Counted from the first letter of the stretch, positions 6,660-13,894 are shown. The stretch is 17,877 nucleotides of DNA from a virus (IMGVR_UViG_3300028601_000028:1-17877), one strand, 5' to 3'. Program-made: numbers and translations. The notes: a model not told the origin generated them from the sequence alone.

Positions 6660-8042
6660 TTAGTCTTCTGTATTATTATCATCATCAGATACTAAAGTCA
6701 TTTTACCACTAGGTGCAACATCTATTATTCTACCATCTTTTAATTCATATCTATTAAAAAAATCATTAGGTGATTCTATTTGTTTTGCTCCCTCTACTTC
6801 TTCTTCTGTTAATTGATCAGAAATATCAACTGATTCATTTATTTTAGATGATTTTTTAGCTTTCTTAATAATACCTTTTTTTAAACCTTCTGGTAATTTT
6901 CTTTGTTTTGGTGTTAAATATTTTTCTTCATCACTTTTATTAATATCATTCTTTTTATCTTTTTTATCATCTTTCTTATCATCGTCGCAGTCATTGCATT
7001 CTTCTTTATCTTTTTTATCATTTAATTTTTTACCGGATTTTTTCATTTTTTTAATAATTCCTTTCTTTAATCCTTCTGGTAATTTTCTTTGTTTTGGGGT
7101 TAGATATAATTCTTCATCATTCTTAGATTCATATAAAAAAGAATCATCATAATCAATACCTAATATATTAAATATATCTTCATATACACTAGCTAATCCA
7201 TTCCTTTCTACAAAATATATCAATTTTTGTTCCCATGTTGTAGCTTCTAATAAATTATTATCTTCTGCAAATGATTTAATATCACTTTTTACACTTTCTG
7301 ATTCTTCTCCTTCAATAATTGAGATTATGTCATTAGTATATCCATAAATATCCATATCATCTAAGATTTCGGTTATTTCATTAATTTGCCATTTTTTTAA
7401 TTTTTTATTTGATTCAAATAATTTTTTATCTTTTGATTCGTATACTGTTTCATTGAATGCGTTTTCTATCATATCTTCAGTTGCTCCAATAAAAGATAAT
7501 GCTTCTTTTTTATCACTATCTGACATCTTTCTAAATGTTACAAGAACATCATTTGTTTCTTCTAAATCATATTTAGACATTAATTTATATAATTTATCAA
7601 ATCCGTCCTTATTAATATCATAGTTTTCTGGACTTTCATGTAAATCAATAAATAATTCTTCCATTTCACCAATAGGTTTATCTATTTCAAATTCAGGTTT
7701 TTTAGATTCGTTTATTGATTCTTTTAAGTTACTCCTTTTTTTAAAATCGGTAAATCTAGATAATTTCTTAATATTAGATGGTTGTGTGGATGCAGCAGCA
7801 ATTGATTTATTATTAGCATCATTTTTGGAGAAATGTTCCCATGTATCTATTTCTCTTTTACTACTAAATGGATTATCCATATAATAAGCATTAGGCATTT
7901 TATTCTCTTTATATTTACTTGTGGTTCTTACTTTATGTTCTATATCACCACCTTCACTATCAATTGTTCTCTTCAAATTTTGAAGTTGCTTTTTAGTTCT
8001 ATCTCTTAATAGAGATTCATCTATTTTATTATTTCTTTTCAT
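6660..8042 (-). CDS. Highly charged probable prohead core or internal polyprotein with many putative protease sites
   Basis: 460 aa with eight [ILV]-x-E-S motifs (IDES, LKES, INES, LHES, VYES, LFES, LYES, INES), internal tag-like segments (IDTWEHF; IKKLSRFTDF), and a duplicated 20-aa basic motif. Confidence 0.6.
   Translation of the reverse strand: MKRNNKIDESLLRDRTKKQLQNLKRTIDSEGGDIEHKVRTTSKYKENKMPNAYYMDNPFSSKREIDTWEHFSKNDANNKSIAAASTQPSNIKKLSRFTDFKKRSNLKESINESKKPEFEIDKPIGEMEELFIDLHESPENYDINKDGFDKLYKLMSKYDLEETNDVLVTFRKMSDSDKKEALSFIGATEDMIENAFNETVYESKDKKLFESNKKLKKWQINEITEILDDMDIYGYTNDIISIIEGEESESVKSDIKSFAEDNNLLEATTWEQKLIYFVERNGLASVYEDIFNILGIDYDDSFLYESKNDEELYLTPKQRKLPEGLKKGIIKKMKKSGKKLNDKKDKEECNDCDDDKKDDKKDKKNDINKSDEEKYLTPKQRKLPEGLKKGIIKKAKKSSKINESVDISDQLTEEEVEGAKQIESPNDFFNRYELKDGRIIDVAPSGKMTLVSDDDNNTED
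6861..7106 (-). repeat. Two copies of YLTPKQRKLPEGLKKGIIKK (7047-7106 and 6861-6920)
   Basis: Identical 20-aa peptide 62 codons apart, with synonymous DNA differences. A CxxC (CNDC) in a K/D-rich linker lies between the copies. Confidence 0.9.
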
Positions 8043-8060
8043 TTTTTCTTTTTATTTTTT

Positions 8061-8100
8061 AATTATATATAAAAATCTAATATTAATATTTAATATATAT
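8061..8100. promoter_or_regulatory. Back-to-back candidate late promoters (ATATATA) for the divergent genes
   Basis: Minus-strand ATATATA at 8064-8070 is 21 nt from ATG 8042. Plus-strand ATATATA at 8093-8099 is 22 nt from ATG 8122. Confidence 0.55.
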
Positions 8101-8121
8101 TAAAAAATATAATTAATAATT

Positions 8122-8640
8122 ATGAAAAAAATTAAGTCTTTTAAAAATTTTATAAAAGAAAATTTAGAGTTAGCTGAACCAAAAGTTAAACCAACTACAA
8201 AACCTACAACTAAACCAACTACAAAACCAGGTAGACCATCTCCATTTAGAAGAGATAAACCATCTGTTATACCAAAACCAAAAGCTACTGATAAACAAGT
8301 TGCTGATAAATTTCTTAAATTAACAAAAGGAAACAAAGAAATTGAAAATTACTTAATGAAAAAATATTCTAAAAATATTACCGAAAAATTTATGGGTAGT
8401 AAAGGAAATGAAAGAATATCTATTGATTTAAGAGGACCAGAAGGCAATGCTTATGCGATATTAGGATTAGTGAATAGATTATGTAAACAATTAAAAGATG
8501 TTGATCCTGAAAAATATGATAGTGAAAGAATAACAAATGAAATGATGTCAGGGGATTATAAAAATCTTGTAAATACATTTGAAGAATATTTTGGAGATTA
8601 TGTTGATATATATAATTCAGATGTTCTTGATGAATATTAA
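8122..8640 (+). CDS. Tagged two-domain protein: targeting peptide, Pro/Thr/Lys linker, then a C-terminal GPEGNAY...SGDY domain
   Basis: Starts MKKIKSFKNFIKE, then LAE, KPTT repeats and ITE. The C-terminal IDLRGPEGNAYAILG...EMMSGDYKNLV...FGDYV resembles a small conserved hypothetical of T4-like phages (recalled, not searched). Confidence 0.7.
   Translation: MKKIKSFKNFIKENLELAEPKVKPTTKPTTKPTTKPGRPSPFRRDKPSVIPKPKATDKQVADKFLKLTKGNKEIENYLMKKYSKNITEKFMGSKGNERISIDLRGPEGNAYAILGLVNRLCKQLKDVDPEKYDSERITNEMMSGDYKNLVNTFEEYFGDYVDIYNSDVLDEY
8188..8229 (+). repeat. 12-bp-period coding repeat (KPTT x3 plus KP)
   Basis: aaaccaactaca aaacctacaact aaaccaactaca aaacca. Confidence 0.9.
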
Positions 8641-8667
8641 AAATAATATAAAAAATAAAATAAAATA

Positions 8668-9915
8668 ATGAAATTAAAAAAGTATAAAGAAATATTTGAA
8701 GAAGCAGATATTAAAGATGCTCTAGATGATGAATATTTAAAAAATGTTGAAAGAAAAGCTCGTCAACAATACGGTTATGGTCCATCTCGTCAAGAAATGA
8801 TGGAAGCAATGGATTTAATAAATAAAATATCAAGAATTCAAAGAGGACATGAGAAAGAATTAGAAGAAATTGGAATAAATGTACTTAAAAAACATTATCC
8901 TATTTTAAATGATATTGAATTAGATGTTAAAATAGTTAATCCTGATGATGAAGAAAAAATGGAAATGGCTCAAAAAATGATGGATGATGATCAAGAAGAA
9001 ATGAATTTTGATGGAAATGAAGATTATGGACCAGATGCACCACAAGATGAAATAAATAAAAGAAAAATTATTAATAATTTAATGCAAGGTGAATCACAAA
9101 ATGTACATCCAATGCTTTTTGATTGTAAAGAAGAAGTAGATAAAATTAGTACTGAACTTATTAATCTTCATATGAGACATCTTGAAATTAATAAGAAATT
9201 TGATTGGTTTGATCAAGTATCATTAGAAGAAATGATGGAACAAGCACCACAAATGGTAAATGCAATGGAAACTGATTATGAAGAAGATGAAGAAACAGGT
9301 GATACAAAACCAAAAATTAAAGCAAGAGTACTAGATTTAGTAATGCTAATACATGAAGTAGTTAAAGGTATATATGAACTTATTGCCGCAAAGGCAATAC
9401 CAGAAGATTCAGTTATGGCTAATAAAATATTATCAAAAACTGATAGTTTAAAAGATGAGCAACAAGATATTCGTTATGGACCATATATTGCAGCCGATTT
9501 AAGAAATTATTTAAACGAACATTTTGAAAAAATAATGATTGGTTATCAAGGAGATAATGTAAAGGAATTAATTTATGGTGAATTGGTTATGTTGCCGGCA
9601 TCAGAATTTATTGACGTTATTAAAGGAATGTTAAGTAATGATACAACTGTTACATTAAGAAAAATTAAAAAAATAGTTGACGATGTTGTTAATGAAATAG
9701 ATAATTATTATAAGAAATCAACAATGTCTGAATTTGAATATGAAGATGATGAAGATATTTTAGATTTACCAGTTAAAGAAGAACCTAAAAAAGAATTAAC
9801 TGATAAAGATTATAAGAATATGGGACAAAATGAATTAAATTACCAATTAAATTTAGCTATAGACAATGGAGATTTTGAGTTAGCTAAAAAAATATCAGAA
9901 TTTATAAAAGATTAA
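8668..9915 (+). CDS. Acidic helical protein with an N-terminal tag-like peptide and a C-terminal UVR-like coiled-coil motif
   Basis: 415 aa. Starts MKLKKYKEIFEE and ends ELNYQLNLAIDNGDFELAKKISEFIKD, matching the UVR (UvrB/UvrC) pattern L...A....DFE.A..I. Confidence 0.65.
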   Translation: MKLKKYKEIFEEADIKDALDDEYLKNVERKARQQYGYGPSRQEMMEAMDLINKISRIQRGHEKELEEIGINVLKKHYPILNDIELDVKIVNPDDEEKMEMAQKMMDDDQEEMNFDGNEDYGPDAPQDEINKRKIINNLMQGESQNVHPMLFDCKEEVDKISTELINLHMRHLEINKKFDWFDQVSLEEMMEQAPQMVNAMETDYEEDEETGDTKPKIKARVLDLVMLIHEVVKGIYELIAAKAIPEDSVMANKILSKTDSLKDEQQDIRYGPYIAADLRNYLNEHFEKIMIGYQGDNVKELIYGELVMLPASEFIDVIKGMLSNDTTVTLRKIKKIVDDVVNEIDNYYKKSTMSEFEYEDDEDILDLPVKEEPKKELTDKDYKNMGQNELNYQLNLAIDNGDFELAKKISEFIKD

Positions 9916-9930
9916 AAATAATAAAATATT

Positions 9931-10314
9931 ATGAAACATGTAAAATCTTTTGATAATTTTAATAATGAATGGATTATAGAAGAAAGTGAAACTGAAATAA
10001 TAACACTTTCATTAAATGAAAGTATTGATCAGGTTAAAAAAGTTGATGATGGTATAATATATAGAGGAGAAAAATTTACAGGTTATAATAAACCTAAAAA
10101 ATATACAGGTAAAGGAAAATTTAAAAAAAGAGTTTTGGCTAAAGAAGGTGATAAAATTAAAATCCTAAACTATGGACATAAAGATTATGAAGATTATACA
10201 ACACATAAAGATAAAGATAGAAGAAAAAATTTTAGAGCAAGACATAATTGTGATCCAGTTAGTAACTTATCGAAATTAACAAAAAGATATTGGGCTTGTC
10301 AAGATTTATGGTAA
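9931..10314 (+). CDS. Tagged small basic protein, DUF5754-like (HKD..RR..F..RH.C...YW.C..LW)
   Basis: Starts MKHVKSFDNFNNE...LNES. The C-terminal LNYGHKDYEDYTTHKDKDRRKNFRARHNCD...RYWACQDLW resembles a viral family seen in T4-like phages and NCLDVs. The Pfam name is from memory. Confidence 0.55.
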   Translation: MKHVKSFDNFNNEWIIEESETEIITLSLNESIDQVKKVDDGIIYRGEKFTGYNKPKKYTGKGKFKKRVLAKEGDKIKILNYGHKDYEDYTTHKDKDRRKNFRARHNCDPVSNLSKLTKRYWACQDLW

Positions 10315-10318
10315 AAAC

Positions 10319-10347
10319 AAAAACCACTTAAATATTAAGTGGTTTTT
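10319..10347. terminator. Bidirectional intrinsic terminator
   Basis: AAAAACCACTTAA-ATA-TTAAGTGGTTTTT is a 13-bp perfect inverted repeat between convergent genes. Confidence 0.9.
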
Positions 10348-10360
10348 AATAAAATAAAAA

Positions 10361-11257
10361 TTATTTAAAAGGAATTTCATTTTTTAAAATATCTTCTATA
10401 TTTTGATCATATCTTATTCTTATAAGTTTAATATTATTATTTTGACAGTATTCTGTTTTAATTTGGTCTCTTAATTGTCTAGTCATTAAATTTTTTTTAT
10501 TTTTTTCAAATCTATATTTCTTAAAATGTTGCTCACCGTCATATTCGACACATATATTATAATTTGGTAAATAAAAATCAAATTTTAATTTTCTTTTATA
10601 TTCACATCCTTCAAACATTTTTTGTGATTCATATAGAATATTATTTTTTTCAAAAAATGATTTAATTATCTTTTCATTTTTACTTAATTTACATTTTGGG
10701 CAACCAGAACCATTCATATGATTTTGCGCATTTTGTTCAAATTCACCATGTTCATCACAAATTATTTTAATTTTTGATGTTAAATTTATTAAATTTACTA
10801 AAGAATAATCATATTTAAAATCGTGTTTTAAATTACATCTGTTAATATATTCATCTCTTATAATTTTATTATTTTTAGCACATTTTGGACATCCAGAACC
10901 ATTAATATGATCAATTGGATTTTGTTCAAATATACCATGCTCTTTACAAATAATTCTAATTTTTGTTTTTGCATTTATATAATTTACCAAAGAATAGTCA
11001 TATTTAAAATTATGTGTAATATTAGACTTTTTAATAATATAATCATTATCTCTTTTTAATGTTTTAGAACATAAATAACAACCATGACCACTTAAATGAT
11101 CATCTGGTCTTTGTTCAAATACACCATGTTTATGACAAATAATTTTAATTTTTGTTTTATTATTAATATAATTCATTAAAGAATAGTCATATAAATTATT
11201 ATGAACCTTATTAAAATCATTAATAACCTGCTCTTTTGTTTTTCTTTTATTTGACAT
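10361..11257 (-). CDS. Free-standing Hef/Vsr-like (EDxHD-type) homing endonuclease with three zinc-binding repeats
   Basis: Three 63-aa repeats YDYS...IICxxHG.FEQ....H..G.GC..C, then SKNE(195)...FD(227)FY...VE(238)YDGEQH(244)...RD(264). Confidence 0.8.
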   Translation of the reverse strand: MSNKRKTKEQVINDFNKVHNNLYDYSLMNYINNKTKIKIICHKHGVFEQRPDDHLSGHGCYLCSKTLKRDNDYIIKKSNITHNFKYDYSLVNYINAKTKIRIICKEHGIFEQNPIDHINGSGCPKCAKNNKIIRDEYINRCNLKHDFKYDYSLVNLINLTSKIKIICDEHGEFEQNAQNHMNGSGCPKCKLSKNEKIIKSFFEKNNILYESQKMFEGCEYKRKLKFDFYLPNYNICVEYDGEQHFKKYRFEKNKKNLMTRQLRDQIKTEYCQNNNIKLIRIRYDQNIEDILKNEIPFK

Positions 11258-11260
11258 AAT

Positions 11261-11275
11261 AATTATATATAAAAA
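11261..11275 (-). promoter_or_regulatory. Candidate promoter TTTTTATATATAATT
   Basis: 15-nt sequence identical to 8061-8075. It overlaps the T-tract of the adjacent terminator, and its ATATATA core is 6 nt from ATG 11257. Confidence 0.45.
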
Positions 11276-11300
11276 ATCCCTCTTTTTAAGAGGGATTTTT
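11272..11300 (-). terminator. Intrinsic terminator directly downstream of the tRNA
   Basis: AAAAATCCCTCTT-TTT-AAGAGGGATTTTT is a 13-bp perfect inverted repeat with a T6 tract on the minus strand. Confidence 0.9.
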
Positions 11301-11301
11301 G

Positions 11302-11373
11302 AGCAAAGACACCGGAATCGAACCGAACCCTATTTACTGGAAGTAAATCATGCTACCGCTACACCATTCTTGC
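11302..11373 (-). tRNA. trnG-UCC: tRNA-Gly (anticodon UCC), atypical acceptor and T stems, no encoded CCA
   Basis: Minus strand: GCAAGAA TG GTGT AGCGGTA GCAT G ATTTA CTTCCAG TAAAT AGGG TTCGG TTCGATT CCGGT GTCTTTGC T. It has a perfect anticodon stem, a TTCGATT T-loop, a GG in the D-loop, and G1-C72, C2-G71 and U73 (bacterial Gly identity elements). Confidence 0.85.
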
Positions 11374-11390
11374 ATTTTGTATATTACATA

Positions 11391-11400
11391 TATTATATAT
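11391..11400 (-). promoter_or_regulatory. Candidate promoter for the tRNA (ATATATAATA)
   Basis: ATATATA at 11394-11400 is 20 nt upstream of tRNA G1, contains TATAAT, and overlaps the stop codon of the upstream endonuclease. Confidence 0.45.
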
Positions 11401-12280
11401 CAGTTAAAAAGTTTAATTTTTTTTCAATATTTTCATTATATTTTATCCTTATTAATTTAATATTATTATTTATACAATATTCATTTTTTATTTGATCTCT
11501 TTTTAATCTATTTTCAAAATCATCTTTTTTATCAAAAAATTCATTTATTATAAAATGCTGTTTACCATCATACTCTATACAAATATTATAATCAGGTAAA
11601 TAAAAATCAAATTTTAAATTTCTTTTATATTTACAACCTTTAAAATATTTTTGATAATCATATTTTATACTATTATATTCTAGAAATTTTCTTATTTCTT
11701 TTTCTCCTTTTGATTCATTACAAATAGGACAACCTTGTCCTAATAAGTGTTTGGCAGGTGTTTGTTTAAACATACCGTGTTTAGGGCATATTATTTTTAC
11801 TTTTTTTATATTATTTATATAATTAACTTGACTATAATTATAATAATTATTATGAATAATATTAAATCTTAATATAACATCTGATTGTTCTGAAGTCCTG
11901 TTTTCATTATAACAAATAGGACAACCATTTTTCTTAATTATATGATTCTGTGGTGTTTGTTTAAATATACCGTGTTTAGGGCATATTATTTTTACATTTG
12001 TATGTGCATTTTTATAATCTACTAATGAATAGTCATAAAAATTATTATGTATTATATTTGATTTTAATTTAAATGTTATGTTGGTATATTTTTTATTTTT
12101 ACTACAATATGGACATCCACTGCCCATTAAATGATGATCTGGTCTTTGTTCAAAAACATTATGTTCTTTGCATATTATTTTAACTTTAATTTTAGAATTT
12201 TTATAATCTACTAATGAATAATCATATCTATCACCATGTATTTTATTAAATTGATTGATAATTTTTTCATTACTTTTCAT
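11393..12280 (-). CDS. Second Hef/Vsr-like homing endonuclease with three zinc-binding repeats (paralog of 10361..11257)
   Basis: Repeats start at aa 19, 82 and 147. Nuclease residues E193, D225, E236, H242 and D262 (SKGE...FDFYLP...IEYDGKQH...RDQIK). Confidence 0.8.
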   Translation of the reverse strand: MKSNEKIINQFNKIHGDRYDYSLVDYKNSKIKVKIICKEHNVFEQRPDHHLMGSGCPYCSKNKKYTNITFKLKSNIIHNNFYDYSLVDYKNAHTNVKIICPKHGIFKQTPQNHIIKKNGCPICYNENRTSEQSDVILRFNIIHNNYYNYSQVNYINNIKKVKIICPKHGMFKQTPAKHLLGQGCPICNESKGEKEIRKFLEYNSIKYDYQKYFKGCKYKRNLKFDFYLPDYNICIEYDGKQHFIINEFFDKKDDFENRLKRDQIKNEYCINNNIKLIRIKYNENIEKKLNFLTDI

Positions 12281-12298
12281 TAAAACAAATTTTCATTT

Positions 12299-12309
12299 TA
12301 TTTATATAT
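12299..12309 (-). promoter_or_regulatory. Candidate late promoter ATATATAAATA
   Basis: Same 11-mer as 3425-3435. The ATATATA core is 22 nt upstream of ATG 12280. Confidence 0.5.
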
Positions 12310-12366
12310 TTATTTCAAACAATCATAATATAGTTTAATATAAAATAAAAAATAATTAATATTTAA

Positions 12367-13878
12367 ATGTTAATAGATTATGAATATAGGCAAAAGAAGT
12401 TAATTGTAAGTTACATTGATGATAATGGTAATATAAAGTTAAAATATTATCCTTGGAATAATCCCACTAAATTTATAATATGTGATGATAATGACAGTGA
12501 TAAATCAGGTAAATATGTTACTTGGGATGGTAAATCTATAAAAGAAATATACACACAACACCCGAATAGATATTCGGTTTATGATTTTTTGGATAAATTA
12601 CCAGAAGAAGAGAAAAAATTATTGTTCGAATATAAAGAACCTAATATATTCTTTATAGATATAGAGAACGAAATAATTGATAAAAAACCACAACCTCATT
12701 TGGCTGAATCTGCTATTCAATCAATATCTATTGTTAATAAAGATAAAGTTTTAGTTTTAGGTACTAAGAAATTAAATAAATCGGAAATAGATTCAATTAA
12801 AAGTGGTATAAATAACCATTTCGATAAATTAAAAACAAATTATGATTTTATGTATCGTTATTATAATAGTGAGTATGACATGTTACTTAACTATTTTAAG
12901 TTAATGGTACCAAAAATGTCAGTATTAACGGGATGGAATTTTGTGAATTATGACTGGGTTTTTTTGGTGAATAGAGCAAGGAAATTAGGTATTGATCCTA
13001 GTATTTCTTCATTTACTGGTAATTTAAGATCATCTTGGATGCAGAATGATCATTCTGAAATACCTGCACACCGTGTCATAATTGATTATATGGAATTATA
13101 TGCAAAATGGGATACGTCAATAAAAGTTAAAGAATCACAAGGGTTAGATTTTGTTTCTGATAATGTACTTGGTGTTAAAAAGATTAATTATGAAGGTAAT
13201 CTTAAATATTTATATGAAAGTGATTATCAAAAATTCATATTGTATAATGCTATTGACTCAGCACTAGTTCAGCAGATACACTTAAAGATGAAATATATTG
13301 ATATTTTATATGGTATTGCAACATTATCAAAAATTAGAGTTATTGATGCATTTACTACATTAACAGTAACAGAAGGTATATTAAGAGAGAAAATGAGATT
13401 TGAAAAGAATGTAGTATTTGTTAAAGATGATACAAAGAAAGATGATACTATTGATGACGATATGAATGTTAAAGGAGGTTGGGTTAAAGATCCGATAGTT
13501 GGAATGAATAGTTGGACTATTTGTTTTGATTTTGCATCTCTATATCCTACAACTATGCAAGAATTTAATATATCTGCTGATTCTTATATTGGTAAAGTTA
13601 TAAAAGATAGAGGTAAAAGTATAAGTGACATGATAGATAAATTGCAATCTGGTGGAGATGTATATTCGGTATTTAATGGACATAAAATAAAATTAGATAA
13701 AAACTCAATTATAACATTAAATGGTGCTGTTTTTAGGAATGAAGATGGTGTAGTTAAAAAAGTTATGGGTAATATTTACAAAGAAAGAAAAAAATATAAG
13801 AAAATGATGATGTCTGCAAATGAAGAATTGAAAGATTTGCAAAATGAATTAGAAAGATTAGAAAAAGAATTAAATTAA
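12367..13878 (+). CDS. polB: Family-B DNA polymerase, N-terminal subunit (3'-5' exonuclease, motif A and first fingers helix); split or truncated
   Basis: ExoI FID(98)IE, ExoII GWN...YDW, ExoIII YNAID, KGGWVKDP and motif A D(388)FASLYP are present. The protein ends ERKKYKKMMMSANEELKDLQNELERLEKELN*. Motif B (KxxxNSxYG) and motif C (YGDTDS) are absent. Confidence 0.9.
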   Translation: MLIDYEYRQKKLIVSYIDDNGNIKLKYYPWNNPTKFIICDDNDSDKSGKYVTWDGKSIKEIYTQHPNRYSVYDFLDKLPEEEKKLLFEYKEPNIFFIDIENEIIDKKPQPHLAESAIQSISIVNKDKVLVLGTKKLNKSEIDSIKSGINNHFDKLKTNYDFMYRYYNSEYDMLLNYFKLMVPKMSVLTGWNFVNYDWVFLVNRARKLGIDPSISSFTGNLRSSWMQNDHSEIPAHRVIIDYMELYAKWDTSIKVKESQGLDFVSDNVLGVKKINYEGNLKYLYESDYQKFILYNAIDSALVQQIHLKMKYIDILYGIATLSKIRVIDAFTTLTVTEGILREKMRFEKNVVFVKDDTKKDDTIDDDMNVKGGWVKDPIVGMNSWTICFDFASLYPTTMQEFNISADSYIGKVIKDRGKSISDMIDKLQSGGDVYSVFNGHKIKLDKNSIITLNGAVFRNEDGVVKKVMGNIYKERKKYKKMMMSANEELKDLQNELERLEKELN

Positions 13879-13894
13879 GTGATTTTATATCCCT

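Noticed and set aside
9931-12280. NCLDV (eukaryotic giant virus) origin, suggested by the DUF5754-like and zinc-finger Vsr-like genes
   Set aside because: The gp5-like, gp27-like and tape-measure-like genes, T4-type targeting peptides, bacterial intrinsic terminators and bacterial-type tRNA-Gly all point to a tailed bacteriophage.
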